Shown one piece after another: positions 19,609 to 29,910 of a DNA stretch of 49,834 nucleotides (position 1 is its first letter; each line of letters opens with the position of its first letter). A model generated the notes under the pieces. The model was not told the origin of the DNA and made no database searches. It saw only the letters and a program-made list of their open reading frames with translations. The position numbers were made by a program, and so were the translations under genes. Origin of the DNA: Candidatus Uhrbacteria bacterium (lineage in GTDB: Bacteria > Patescibacteriota > Patescibacteriia > UBA9934); assembly GCA_003453595.1 (NCBI GenBank), contig DMOG01000011.1, positions 1-49,834 of the forward strand. Direction: 5' to 3'.

Positions 19609-21579
19609 TTATTCTACTACTGGATCCTCAAGAACCTCGATATCATCAGATGTTTCTTCAACTATTTCATCGATTTCTTCGCAGACTTCGCCTTCAGGAC
19701 ATTCAGATGGTGTGGTTAATTCTTCGACTCCGATGAGGCAAATCTTTGGTAATGATCGGTAGACTGAGGTGTAAACTTGACTAAACTGTGTCTTGTCAGC
19801 GTAATCAACATAATAGGTGAATTGGGTCGTGGCGCCGGGATGAGGGGACTGGCACGATGTGACTCCTGGATTAAGATCTAGAGTTTCTGTGTATTGAGGC
19901 TCACCATAGCCTGACCATGACAGTACTACCGGCGGTGTGTAATACCCGTCACGACCATCGTCTGTTCCCCAAAAAGTGAAGATAATATCACGATTCGGTA
20001 CATCAACTTGGGTGGTTAGCAAAATGTAATTTTCATAATCATTAGTAAACCTAAAGTCTGGATAGGGGTCATAGATGGTTGCATCAGTCCCTGGATTTCC
20101 GTTTGCCGGATCATTGTAATAGGAAACGACCAGTGAATGATTGCTTCTTTGATCAACCTGCAAACCAGCATTCATTACTGCTCGAAAAGTGGTTGTTCCA
20201 ATTTGGCAAAGCCCGCCACCAACTTCTGGTTTGATCTCATCGCCCTTGATTACTAATTCTGCCAAGTAGCCGTCCGCAATTGTGAATGGTCTAAGTTTTT
20301 CGATTAAAGAAATTGTTTCACCGGGCGCAATTAGTAGTCCGTTGAGTTTTGAGGCACCGTGTTGAATGTTGGCAATACGATTTGAAGGGGATCCAGAAAA
20401 GTCTGATGTTCCAACTCCAAGTATTTCATTGATGCCAAAGTCATTGACATCAGCAATTGATACTTGAGGTGGAGTGTTAATAACCACAAGATCAATTATT
20501 ACATCTTCATTGCCAAGCTCCCCTAATAATTTCCACATAGTTGCATCGGCATCAAATTTGATACCGTCTTGGCTACCAGCAAATTCTGTGACAATTCCAC
20601 TTTTCATTTCAAAACGGGCGTTTATTGGATTGATGTTTACATCGTTTGATATATCTTGAACAAAGTCTTCATAAGCCACGCCTGCAAAATGTATAGCAGG
20701 AATTTCTTGGTAGTTATCATCAACTGTATAAAATGGTTCAATCCAATCAGCTAGATCATCTGCCTCAATTTCCCACAAATACTCACGCAGAGTTTCAGAA
20801 GTGTAGGTGAGATAATAAGGAGCTGAGTCTAGAGTTGCCAGAATGTCTGATGTGAGAGATAGGGCATCGGCTGAGGTCATCTCGTAGGTGACATCACGAA
20901 GCGCGATTTTTAAAGGTTGCAAATCAAGATCTTGAGCATCATCCCAAAGAGTTGGGATGGCAGAAAGAAGATCAAGCTCTATTCCATCTTGTCCTGGCAA
21001 AAATCTAACTGGTGTTTCTTTGTTTGTTAGATCAATTTTGTAATCAGCTGGCAGGGCAGGGGTTTCAAGCTCACCAAACTGATCTTGGATTTGTTCACGA
21101 ATATCATCCTCATCCATTTCTGCTAGTACTTGCAGGACCTCAGGCTTAAGAAGAAGTGAGATGGGAGTGATAATATTTCTCCAAAATGAATCACCACGAC
21201 CAACACCCATGGCCACATCAATTTCCTCAGAGACATTATAGTTAAGAATGTCATGAGCAAGATCTGGCTCTTCAAAAACCGATGCTTGTAAATCTAGATG
21301 CCCTGTGTGTCCATCTACAGAAATATCAACGCCAGCACTAAGCAAATTATCAATGTGCTGTTGCAAAACCTCAGTAGCATCGGCTTGTGAAAGTTCACCA
21401 ACATCAACTACGCCTACATAAACATGGGGCAGAACCCGTCCTTCATATGCTTTAGCATAGGCATATGAACTGGCTGCTAGTATAAGCACTATAAAAATAA
21501 GGGCACTGCTAGTGATTAGTATTGGCTTTTTGTGCGCACTAATCGCCCGTGCCTTGGTTTTAATCATTTCAATTTGCAT
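19609..21579 (-). CDS. VanW family protein with N-terminal TM anchor and peptidoglycan-binding-like repeats
   Basis: NRIANI...LNGLLIAPGETIS, GGGLCQIGTTTFRA, RSNHS, GTDATIY, DFRFTND; start uncertain (21603, 21579 or 21567). Confidence 0.9.
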   Translation of the reverse strand: MQIEMIKTKARAISAHKKPILITSSALIFIVLILAASSYAYAKAYEGRVLPHVYVGVVDVGELSQADATEVLQQHIDNLLSAGVDISVDGHTGHLDLQASVFEEPDLAHDILNYNVSEEIDVAMGVGRGDSFWRNIITPISLLLKPEVLQVLAEMDEDDIREQIQDQFGELETPALPADYKIDLTNKETPVRFLPGQDGIELDLLSAIPTLWDDAQDLDLQPLKIALRDVTYEMTSADALSLTSDILATLDSAPYYLTYTSETLREYLWEIEADDLADWIEPFYTVDDNYQEIPAIHFAGVAYEDFVQDISNDVNINPINARFEMKSGIVTEFAGSQDGIKFDADATMWKLLGELGNEDVIIDLVVINTPPQVSIADVNDFGINEILGVGTSDFSGSPSNRIANIQHGASKLNGLLIAPGETISLIEKLRPFTIADGYLAELVIKGDEIKPEVGGGLCQIGTTTFRAVMNAGLQVDQRSNHSLVVSYYNDPANGNPGTDATIYDPYPDFRFTNDYENYILLTTQVDVPNRDIIFTFWGTDDGRDGYYTPPVVLSWSGYGEPQYTETLDLNPGVTSCQSPHPGATTQFTYYVDYADKTQFSQVYTSVYRSLPKICLIGVEELTTPSECPEGEVCEEIDEIVEETSDDIEVLEDPVVE

Positions 21580-21638
21580 AAAAATAGGACCGACAGGACC
21601 CATGTGACCTATAGGTCCGAATTATAATATTTTAATTA

Positions 21639-22004
21639 TTAACTTAAATCCTCACGAATCGGTACGCGCATTTCACCATGAGCTTTGGGAATGGTCAATG
21701 TGAGTACTCCGTTTTTCATCTGTGCTTGGGCTTCGTCTGGTTTTACATGGGACGGAAGTACAATGGATCGTGAAAAGCTTCCCCAAAAACATTCTTCAAA
21801 ATGCACAGTGGCGTCATGTCGTTCTTTGTGGCGTTCACGCTCTCCCCGCACTGTTACCAAATCACTTGTTACATGAATATCAATGTCTTGTGGTCGAACC
21901 CCGGCAATGGCTGAACGAATAATAATTTCTGTTGGCGTTTCAATAACATCAACTGCTAGTTGACCTTCGGCTGATTGCCATAGATTCATTTCTTCGTCAG
22001 ACAT
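21639..22004 (-). CDS. Hsp20 / alpha-crystallin small heat-shock protein
   Basis: EGQLAVDVIET, AIAGV, ECFWGSFSRSIVLP, NGVLTLTIPK. Confidence 0.95.
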   Translation of the reverse strand: MSDEEMNLWQSAEGQLAVDVIETPTEIIIRSAIAGVRPQDIDIHVTSDLVTVRGERERHKERHDATVHFEECFWGSFSRSIVLPSHVKPDEAQAQMKNGVLTLTIPKAHGEMRVPIREDLS

Positions 22005-22007
22005 ATA

Positions 22008-22700
22008 TTAAGAAAGAAGTTTTCGACGAGTGAATTCGTACAATGGACCAAGGACAAGACCAAGCGCTAAAGCCCAACAAAGAAGGTCAGCTGAGATTCC
22101 GTAAAAATAAGTTCCAGAATTAATAAAAGGAATTACTGGTGTTGTGTGGGTAAATAGGCTTCCCAGGTTTGAAGCTAAAAGTACAATAAAAGCAGTTAAA
22201 ATTGCACTCAAAATTGAGTCAGCTAATAAATCTTGTCTGTGACTAATCATGTATATAACAAGCATGATGGCGGAAATAAGAATCGAATAGGCCATGGGGA
22301 TCTTGAAAAAAGACGCTAGCAAAATTGTTACCCAGATAAAAAATAAAAATGACAGAAATAGTCGAGTGGCCCACCATTGCGCAATAGCATCCTTGTTTTT
22401 TGCAGATTTAATTTTTGGTATGTTTTGATAATGCTTGCCAAAAAAGACATGGAAAATTGTGGCGCTAATTCCGGAGACGGAAAATAAGAACATCAGATCA
22501 AGTAATCTAATTGATGAAAAATCTGCCATCATATTAAACCCGGTTGAGATTTGGGTTGTAAACCAGATTGGCAGAAGTGCAACTCCAAGAACACTGATTA
22601 ACAAAATTTCCCGCCGAACATCTGGTTTTGCCAAAAAAATTAATATCCAAGTGAGAGCTAGAATTAGCGTCATCACACTATAATAAGAAAGCACCTCCAT
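22008..22700 (-). CDS. Polytopic membrane protein (lycopene-cyclase-domain-like)
   Basis: About 7 TM helices, internal repeat KPDVRR / RQDLL, GISADLLCW near the C-terminus. Confidence 0.6.
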   Translation of the reverse strand: MEVLSYYSVMTLILALTWILIFLAKPDVRREILLISVLGVALLPIWFTTQISTGFNMMADFSSIRLLDLMFLFSVSGISATIFHVFFGKHYQNIPKIKSAKNKDAIAQWWATRLFLSFLFFIWVTILLASFFKIPMAYSILISAIMLVIYMISHRQDLLADSILSAILTAFIVLLASNLGSLFTHTTPVIPFINSGTYFYGISADLLCWALALGLVLGPLYEFTRRKLLS

Positions 22701-22798
22701 ATGGGGGTATTATATAGTAGAAAGATTAAAGAATAAAGTTTTTAAAAGCGCGAAACCCTGCTGGAGCACCAGCAGGGTGTGGACGATTACGATCGAGT

Positions 22799-23203
22799 TT
22801 AGGCGCAGGAGCGGCAGACCGGGTACGGTCGCGGGCGGTATTCCACGACCGGGAACCGGTCATCAGGCTGGGTCACCGCCAGCGGGTACCTGGTGCCCTC
22901 GGCGGGCAAGATCACATTGATCTGATCGCCACCGTAGTGGCGGTAGACCTGATTGGCGGTGATGTTCATCATCCTGATGTGTTTGCGTCCCTTGCCGATG
23001 ATTCTGCCTTTGTCCTGGCGGTGGCAGGTGATCACCAGGTACGGGACGGTGTCGCGCACGATCTGGCGCACGTGAACATCGCCAGAAAAGATGGCGAGCG
23101 ACTTGGCGAGGTGGAGGATGACCCCCACGACGATGCGTAGTGCATCGTTCGCTTGTTGGTCGAGTTCTTGGATCGCAGGGGATGCTTGGGGGAGGGTGCT
23201 CAT
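22799..23203 (-). CDS. GC-rich divergent KhpA-like KH-domain protein
   Basis: LVITCHRQDKGRIIGKGRKHI; GGAG SD; TTGACC-17-TATCAT at 23290-23318; terminator ACCCTGCTGG/CCAGCAGGGT near 22755-22778. Confidence 0.7.
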   Translation of the reverse strand: MSTLPQASPAIQELDQQANDALRIVVGVILHLAKSLAIFSGDVHVRQIVRDTVPYLVITCHRQDKGRIIGKGRKHIRMMNITANQVYRHYGGDQINVILPAEGTRYPLAVTQPDDRFPVVEYRPRPYPVCRSCA

Positions 23204-23349
23204 GGATCTCTCCGTGTGAGCTGTCTTGGGATTGCGTTCTCAAAAAGAGATTTGAGAAGCGGGGAATGTGGGTTCGGACCACGAAAAAAATGATATATAG
23301 ATTTTTTCGTTTGGTCAAGTATTAGTACTGCATGATATAATGACTGCGT

Positions 23350-24390
23350 ATGAAAATGTCATCTTCACGCACCCAACAAGTAAAATGGTTTTTCTTGTTT
23401 GTCAGCGCCATTGTTCTATATGTTTATTGGCAAATAATTTCGCCATTCGCTCTTGTGCTTATTACAGCCGGGGTTACAGCTATTGTTTTTGCTCCAGTCG
23501 ATCGCCGATTACGAAAGATTGTCAAAAGTAGACGGCTTTCAGCTTTACTTATGCTCTTGCTCATTCTAGTAATCATCATCGGACCATTATTTGGCATTGC
23601 TATTCTAATGGTTCAGCAAGCAACCGAGGTTGTGAATATGTCATTTTCATCAGGTGGATTAGTACAAAGTCTCAATGGTTCGTTTGAAAGTATGCTTTCC
23701 TACTTGCCAGTTGTAGTACAGGATGAAATTAGATCCATTGATTTAATTGCGATAGGAACATCAGCTGCATCTTGGGCAGTTGAACATATTGGCGCAATAT
23801 TGTCAGGAACTGCCGGACTAATCTTCCAGATGTTTATTTTCTTCATGGCATTATTTTATTTCTTTGTTGATCGAGAAAAAATTTATGAGTTTGCATTAGA
23901 GCTCAGCCCTTTTAAAGACAGCTTAGATAAAAATATCTTGTCGCGCATTTCCAATACAGTTAGAGGAGTTGTGTTTGGAAAGATCGTGATAGCAATTGTT
24001 CAGGCAATCATTGCCGCCATTGGAATGACAATTTTTGGAGTGCCAGGTGCAATTTTGTGGGCATCACTTGTGGTGATTGCGGCTCAGGTTCCAATCCTAG
24101 GAACAGCTATTGTCATGATACCGGCAGTTGGATATTTGTTACTCATTGGTGACACATGGTCAGCTCTCGGTCTCTTTATTTGGTCAGTATTGGCAGTAAG
24201 CTCGATTGATAATATTCTTTCCCCAATCATAGTTGGAGCAAAAGTACATATGAATCAGCTTTTGATTCTAATCTCAATTCTTGGTGGACTAGAATTATTC
24301 GGCCCCATTGGATTTATCATCGGTCCAACTGTATTAGCTTGCGTAATGGTAGTGGTGGAGCTTTATAAGAATGGAATTGTAAACGAATAA
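23350..24390 (+). CDS. AI-2E (PerM) family transporter
   Basis: Multiple TM helices, AQVPILGTAIV, IDNILSPIIVG, ISILGGLELFGPIGFIIGP. Confidence 0.92.
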   Translation: MKMSSSRTQQVKWFFLFVSAIVLYVYWQIISPFALVLITAGVTAIVFAPVDRRLRKIVKSRRLSALLMLLLILVIIIGPLFGIAILMVQQATEVVNMSFSSGGLVQSLNGSFESMLSYLPVVVQDEIRSIDLIAIGTSAASWAVEHIGAILSGTAGLIFQMFIFFMALFYFFVDREKIYEFALELSPFKDSLDKNILSRISNTVRGVVFGKIVIAIVQAIIAAIGMTIFGVPGAILWASLVVIAAQVPILGTAIVMIPAVGYLLLIGDTWSALGLFIWSVLAVSSIDNILSPIIVGAKVHMNQLLILISILGGLELFGPIGFIIGPTVLACVMVVVELYKNGIVNE

Positions 24391-24457
24391 TTGTCGGACA
24401 CATCCGGACAAAGTCGCTCTAGTAATATGAGCGACTTTTTTGTATGCTAAAACGACT

Positions 24458-25216
24458 ATGAACAAGAAACAAACAATTTTATCTGCTCAGGATTCGGAAG
24501 TGCTGGGATTAAAAGATCAAGACATGCAGATATATCAGACTTTATTGCGTTTGGGGTCTGCGCCGTTGCGTCGGATTGCGCAAGAATCTGGGATCAGCCG
24601 TTCAACAGCCCATGATATTCTCCGTCGGTTAATGGATTTTGGATTGGCCACATTTGTTGATGCTAAATCACATCGTTATTTTTCAGCAGAGGATCCAGAA
24701 CAGTTGCATCGTTTAGCCTCACGCAAGTCATTGGCTATGCAAGAGTCTTGTGTGCGAGTAGAACAGGCAATTCCCCAATTGGAAAAATTGGTCGGCTCAC
24801 TTAGCTATCGACCAACAGTGCGATATTACGAAGGGTCGACCGGGGTCAAGTCTATTTTGCAAGATGTGCTGGCAACATGTGAGAAGTCACGCTCCAAGAC
24901 TTACCGAGTTTACTCCAGTGCCGGCATTCGAGATTTGATTGCCCAGGCCTGGCCAAGATATAACGCAACTCGTAAACAGCGTGGAGTCCAGGTAAAGGCT
25001 GTGGCGCTGGGGGAAGGCGGAAAAACTGTGGGGCTTGATGAGCGCAAATGGCTTACCCGCAAGGAAAGTGCGCCAGCTTATATTTTTATTTACGACAAAA
25101 AAACAGCGTATGTTTCGGTTGATGATCGCGGACGATTATTTGGAGCCATTATTGATGACGAGCCAATTGCCCAAACGCAAAAGTTGATCTTTAATCAGCT
25201 TTGGGAGCATCTTTGA
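24458..25216 (+). CDS. TrmB-family transcriptional regulator
   Basis: LGL...IYQTLLRLG...IAQESGISRSTAHDIL wHTH, AEDPEQL, PTVRYYEG, IFIYDKK. Confidence 0.88.
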   Translation: MNKKQTILSAQDSEVLGLKDQDMQIYQTLLRLGSAPLRRIAQESGISRSTAHDILRRLMDFGLATFVDAKSHRYFSAEDPEQLHRLASRKSLAMQESCVRVEQAIPQLEKLVGSLSYRPTVRYYEGSTGVKSILQDVLATCEKSRSKTYRVYSSAGIRDLIAQAWPRYNATRKQRGVQVKAVALGEGGKTVGLDERKWLTRKESAPAYIFIYDKKTAYVSVDDRGRLFGAIIDDEPIAQTQKLIFNQLWEHL

Positions 25217-25310
25217 GGCTTCGGCTTGATTGTTTTTTAGGAAACCTCTAGAGTCCCCCACGGTTGCAACGCGACCTTGCGTCAACCACGCTAGCCTTTA
25301 AGGAGGCAAC

Positions 25311-25724
25311 ATGCATTTCTCCAAAGACCTTCGTGTTCTGGTTCTCACCCACCGTTGCGCCATTGCCAATGGTGCAGGAATCGACGAGAGTTCCGGTAGT
25401 GAACGGCACTGTTTTACGTCTGATCCGTTGGTTGCTTTGCTCTGGTTTGTGGAGCGATATGCGGGAGGCGATCCGTTTGACTTCGTGGTCTTCGAACTTG
25501 CCGTCATCCCACGGGGAGTGGAATACTTCCTGCATGGTGTGAGAGCGCTTTCGCCCGCAACCAAGATCATCGTCCTGGTTGGGGCAAGAAGCTCGCTTGC
25601 GATCAAAGTGTTTGCCCATGACTACCATAGCCAGTTGGCTGGCATGTGCGATCAGACGGTCTGGGACGAAGCCGAGCTCGCCACAGCACTCGAAACCCTC
25701 GAACCACTGGAGCTGGCGTCATGA
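25311..25724 (+). CDS. GC-rich orphan with a degenerate response-regulator receiver-like fold
   Basis: LRVLVL...AL...PFDFVVFEL...G...VRALSPATKIIVLVG; AAGGAGG SD; TTGATT-17-TAGAGT at 25226-25254; hairpin near 25743-25772. Confidence 0.65.
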   Translation: MHFSKDLRVLVLTHRCAIANGAGIDESSGSERHCFTSDPLVALLWFVERYAGGDPFDFVVFELAVIPRGVEYFLHGVRALSPATKIIVLVGARSSLAIKVFAHDYHSQLAGMCDQTVWDEAELATALETLEPLELAS

Positions 25725-25802
25725 GGCCTAACACCCCTCTCTCACCCCGCGTCGATCCGCTCGACCGGGGTGTTCTGTTTATAAATTCAGTCCGGTATCA
25801 AA

Positions 25803-25856
25803 CAGCTAAGCTGGAATAGCTAAGCTGTTTTAGTCCGGGCTAGATCAGCTAAGCTG
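25803..25856. repeat. Three copies of the near-palindrome (C)AGCTAAGCTG
   Basis: Copies at 25803, 25817 and 25846. Confidence 0.65.
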
Positions 25857-25906
25857 GTTTGTACTGACGGGCGAATTTATCGTCTGAGCGTTGTGTATTC
25901 TGGCAA

Positions 25907-25935
25907 TTGACATAATACCCATTTTTCAGTATTAT
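25907..25935 (+). promoter_or_regulatory. sigma70 promoter of tRNA-Glu
   Basis: TTGACA-17-TATTAT. Confidence 0.8.
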
Positions 25936-25953
25936 TCTGACGCAAACAATAAA

Positions 25954-26028
25954 GGCCCCATCGTCTAACGGTTAGGACATCAGGTTTTCATCCTGGAAAT
26001 CCGGGTTCGATTCCCGGTGGGGTCACCA
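25954..26028 (+). tRNA. tRNA-Glu (TTC)
   Basis: GGCCCCATCGTCTAACGGTTAGGACA-TCAGG TTTTCAT CCTGG-AAAT-CCGGG TTCGATT CCCGG-TGGGGTCACCA. Confidence 0.96.
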
Positions 26029-26062
26029 ATAAAACCGCAGAATTTATTTCTGCGGTTTTATT
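26029..26062. terminator. Bidirectional terminator between tRNA-Glu and recQ
   Basis: ATAAAACCGCAGAA...TTCTGCGGTTTTAT. Confidence 0.8.
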
Positions 26063-26106
26063 GTTAAGAAAAAATTCATTATTCGGATCTGACCCTGTTT
26101 TCATTC

Positions 26107-28251
26107 TCAAATCTGCAGGAACAATCTCACTAGTCTCAGTTCGTTGTATTCGTATTTTTCTTCTAGGTATTTAAAAGCTGGGGTTAGGCTGGGGGAGTTG
26201 GTTGCTTGGAAGGCGTTTTTGATTATTTCGAATTGTTCTTTGTTTGGTTTTAGGTAGCTGATGTCTGGGGCTTGGTTGGTGTAGGTTAGTTTTTCAATGT
26301 GTTGGATGATGGTCGAGGGGCTGAGTTCGCGCTTATCAGCTATTTCTTGGATTGATAGTTTTTTTAAAAGCATGGCTTTTGTTTCTTGTAGGGTCAAGCT
26401 TGATCGGCTGATTTTTTTATCAATGGGTTGAGCAGTTTTTCCTGGGATTGGTTTTTCGTTGAGGTCATTTTCTAAGGCATGAAGAGAAATGCAGGCAAGA
26501 AAAGCTTCGCCGAATTCCTCCAACTTTTTTCTTCCTACTCCAAAGATGTGGGCGAATGATTCCAGGCTGGCTGGAAAATAATAGGCCATTTCTTGCAAGG
26601 TTCGATCGCCAAAGATGACAAACGGTGGTACGTTTTGTTCGTCAGCGATCTGTTTACGAAGTTTGCGAAGCTTTTCAAATGCTTCAATGTCATATTCAAG
26701 ATCTGATCCGAACTTGCGGGTTAATATTGTTGTTGGGGCTTTCGATATTGGTAATGAAATTAATTCGTTACTCAGAAGGGCCTGTCTACCTTTTTGGCTG
26801 ACACGTAAAGTTGGATATTCTCCGTTATTTTGTTCCAAATATTTTGATTTTTTTAAAGCCTCGACATATTCGCGCAAAGCACCCAGAGATGTTTCTTGGG
26901 CTATACCATGGACTGAAAGTTGGTGATGCTTTAGTTCGACAATTCGCTTTTTTTTTGAACCATGCAAAACATCGCAAATATGCGCTGTGCCAAAACGCTC
27001 GCCCGTGCGCAGTATTGTGGAGATGATTTTTTGTGAAATTTCCGTGGCGTCAAAAGTCTCGGTTGGCAGTTCAACGCAGTTATCACAGGCGTCACACATT
27101 GTTTTTTTCCAGTCCTCGCCAAAATAGTTAAGTAAGTAGGCACGGCGACAGGTGCTGTCCTGACAATAGTCAATTACATTGTCGAGTTTGCTTAACGCCA
27201 ATCTTTGTTCTTGGGGATTGGCAATTTGATTTATAAAATATTCTTGTTTGCGCCGATCAGCGTACGAATAAAACAAAACACACTCGCTGGGCAAGCCGTC
27301 ACGACCAGCACGACCGGTTTCTTGATAATAACTTTCGATGGTTTTGGGAAGATCCATGTGTACGACCAAACGCACATCTGGTTTGTCGATTCCCATACCA
27401 AAGGCGATGGTGGCCACAATGATTGGCACTTCGTCACGAATAAATTTTTCTTGAGTTTCAATGCGAGTTTTTTTTGGCAATCCGGCATGGTAGGGCACAG
27501 CTGGCAATCCAGCGTCTGCCAGGTTTTGGGCGATTTCCTCAGTATTCTTTCGTGAAAAACAATAAACAATTACTGCTTTGTTTTTAAAAGATTGCAAAAG
27601 TTCAACTAACTGAGCAAAAGCATTGTATTTTGGGCGCACGCTGTAGTGCAGATTTTCTCGATTAAAGCTCAAGATAAAAGTTTTGGCTTTTTCCATTCCG
27701 AGCTGATGCAAAATATCTTCTCGGACTGTCGGAGTAGCCGTGGCTGTCAGAGCAATCACTGGCACTTTGGAAAATTTTTCTCGAAGATTGCGCAGGTTGC
27801 GATAGTCTGGACGAAAATCATGACCCCACTCCGAAATACAGTGAGCTTCGTCTATTGCTAGCAGACTCACATTTAAAGATCCAAGAAAATCTGAAAATCC
27901 ATATGTTTCCAATCGCTCAGGAGCTAGGTACAAAATTTTAAGTTCGCCCGAACTGGCGCGTTGCATCACAGAAGCTTGCTCTTTGAGGGTTAACGAACTA
28001 TTTAAAAACGCAGCTGATATACCGTTAGCGCACAAAGTATCGACCTGATCTTTCATTAGAGCAATAAGTGGGGAGATCACTAGTGTTATTCCAGGCAAAG
28101 TTAAGGCTGGAAGTTGAAAACACAAAGATTTTCCTCCGCCAGTGGGCATCAGGACTAGTGAATCTTGGCCAGAAATAATAGTATCGATAATTTCCTTTTG
28201 CAAAGGCCGAAAACTATCATATCCGAAGTGAGTTTTTAAAAGTTTAAGCAT
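26107..28251 (-). CDS. recQ: ATP-dependent DNA helicase RecQ (helicase, RQC, HRDC, C-terminal HTH)
   Basis: FGYDSFRPLQ, MPTGGGKS, DEAHCISEWGHDFRP, QETGRAGRDG, CRR...CDACDNC; promoter TTGACA-17-TACACT at 28349-28377. Confidence 0.97.
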   Translation of the reverse strand: MLKLLKTHFGYDSFRPLQKEIIDTIISGQDSLVLMPTGGGKSLCFQLPALTLPGITLVISPLIALMKDQVDTLCANGISAAFLNSSLTLKEQASVMQRASSGELKILYLAPERLETYGFSDFLGSLNVSLLAIDEAHCISEWGHDFRPDYRNLRNLREKFSKVPVIALTATATPTVREDILHQLGMEKAKTFILSFNRENLHYSVRPKYNAFAQLVELLQSFKNKAVIVYCFSRKNTEEIAQNLADAGLPAVPYHAGLPKKTRIETQEKFIRDEVPIIVATIAFGMGIDKPDVRLVVHMDLPKTIESYYQETGRAGRDGLPSECVLFYSYADRRKQEYFINQIANPQEQRLALSKLDNVIDYCQDSTCRRAYLLNYFGEDWKKTMCDACDNCVELPTETFDATEISQKIISTILRTGERFGTAHICDVLHGSKKKRIVELKHHQLSVHGIAQETSLGALREYVEALKKSKYLEQNNGEYPTLRVSQKGRQALLSNELISLPISKAPTTILTRKFGSDLEYDIEAFEKLRKLRKQIADEQNVPPFVIFGDRTLQEMAYYFPASLESFAHIFGVGRKKLEEFGEAFLACISLHALENDLNEKPIPGKTAQPIDKKISRSSLTLQETKAMLLKKLSIQEIADKRELSPSTIIQHIEKLTYTNQAPDISYLKPNKEQFEIIKNAFQATNSPSLTPAFKYLEEKYEYNELRLVRLFLQI

Positions 28252-28530
28252 AGGAGAAAGAAGGTAGAAGGTAGAATGTAGGAGCCAAGGAATGATATAA
28301 AAAAACTCGGCTGGTGGCCGCGCTGTTTGACACGCAATTTATAAATTGAGTGTATCCATTTTTTTGCGTTTTGTCAAACACAAAAAAATACACAAAAAAA
28401 TACAACAAAAATAAAAAAATATTCTCATACCGGCTATAGATCAATGTCCGGCGATTATCGATCTAGCCAAAAAAACACGAGCACCCCGACGCGAGACATC
28501 GGGGTGATGAGATTTTGGGCGGGGAAGACC

Positions 28531-29589
28531 TTAGGAGATCTTGGGTCCGCCGTCTGGCTTGCGATCAGCGAGGTTGGGAGTTCCAACTCTGCTGACGCGA
28601 ACCCGTACTCCTTTATCGAGTAGCCCACCGTCGCCTTGCACTGGCATTGGCGCAGAGCGAGGGGTGACCGTGTTGCCAATCCCCTGGGGAGGCGGAGGCG
28701 GAGCCACTTGATCAGATGCCCTGCCCAGGCCCGAGGGCTGTGGCACGGGTTCTTGCTCACGCGGGCGCATGACGATTTTTGCGATCTCTTCGATCTGCGC
28801 GTCGTCACTGTCCGCGCACCTTGTCCAGCCAGCTTGTTGAGCCCGGCGGTCACTGGCGCGCTGGCGTCCGCCGATCATAATCGTGTGCCCGCTTTCGGGC
28901 GCACGCTCGATGTTTCGCGTCTCCATCGCCCTGGCGATGTTGGGCATCTTTTCCACTCGCCGGATGATCTCTGGGCCGATGCCCAAGAGCACATCCTCGA
29001 TGATTTGCCTGTTTTGCACGCCATGCCAGAGGTCTGGAACTGGCGCGAGCGGTCCACGCGGGAACGGGCCGTAGGTCCACCGCCACCAGGCGCTGACGCC
29101 GCGCAAGTAATTGCGACGCACCATGTTGGCTCCGTGAAGGAAGTCCAGGTGCGCGTCGATGATCGCTGGCTCTGATCCGCAGTGGGCCACGCGCACGAAT
29201 GCGCACGACCCGTAGATGAGTGGGAGCGCCTTGCCCATCATTTTGGCAACGCGCTTGAGCTCATCGGTCACAGATTTGCCGCCGATCTGGATATCGAGCG
29301 CGTCAGCCACATCAATGTTGGCTGGCGACACAGTGATGTGCCATGTCGGCGTTACTACGCTATCTCGTCTGTCCCAGCCCGTGAAGGTAAGGGCGACGGT
29401 GTAGCTGAATTGATTGCCCCCGTTGTGGAAGAACATTTCTGCAGGGATCTGCGGAAATTCATTGGGGTCGAACGCCTTGTGGCGTACTGGGTACAGTGGG
29501 CGACCCTGGTTGAGACAGAACAGGGGGTTTTGGTCTTCTCCAGGGTGGAGAAGGCCGAACGCGGGGTGGAACTTGTTGTGCTTGTCCAT
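28531..29589 (-). CDS. GC-rich orphan, 352 aa, Pro-rich disordered C-terminus
   Basis: Longest frame, GAGG SD, terminator CACCCCGA/TCGGGGTG near 28483-28507. Confidence 0.7.
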   Translation of the reverse strand: MDKHNKFHPAFGLLHPGEDQNPLFCLNQGRPLYPVRHKAFDPNEFPQIPAEMFFHNGGNQFSYTVALTFTGWDRRDSVVTPTWHITVSPANIDVADALDIQIGGKSVTDELKRVAKMMGKALPLIYGSCAFVRVAHCGSEPAIIDAHLDFLHGANMVRRNYLRGVSAWWRWTYGPFPRGPLAPVPDLWHGVQNRQIIEDVLLGIGPEIIRRVEKMPNIARAMETRNIERAPESGHTIMIGGRQRASDRRAQQAGWTRCADSDDAQIEEIAKIVMRPREQEPVPQPSGLGRASDQVAPPPPPQGIGNTVTPRSAPMPVQGDGGLLDKGVRVRVSRVGTPNLADRKPDGGPKIS

Positions 29590-29735
29590 ACTGTCCTCGA
29601 TTGAGAGGGGTGGCGTGGCTCAGGAACTTGAAGGAGCTACTCCAATTCACCATTTTTTACAGGTTTTGTCTAGTTTATGATTGCCATTTGCAGGGACGCC
29701 TGTGGACAGAGATCGGATCTCGGTGTGGATAAGGT

Positions 29736-29766
29736 CCCCTCCTTACGAAGGAGGAGGTAGGGGAGG
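29736..29766. repeat. CCCCTCCTT...AAGGAGG-type REP-like palindrome
   Basis: CCCCTCCTTACGAAGGAGGAGGTAGGGGAGG. Confidence 0.55.
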
Positions 29767-29910
29767 TTTTTTTGTTTTTGTTATGACTCTCAACGCTTGG
29801 TCAGGCCAGTGGTTACAGAAAAACAAGAAGCCGGCAGGAGCACAACGACTGCACTGATGTGCGTGTCGTCGGCTCACTGCCGGCCAAGCTCGCGAAGGCG
29901 AGTTGAGGCT

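Noticed and set aside
24391-24411. Possible TrmB operator TTGTCGGACACATCCGGACAA
   Set aside because: Imperfect single palindrome upstream of a terminator-like hairpin; no second copy seen, so too weak to call.
25954-26110. tRNA-anchored genomic island or prophage
   Set aside because: No integrase, no duplicated tRNA 3' end and no phage genes; recQ follows directly.
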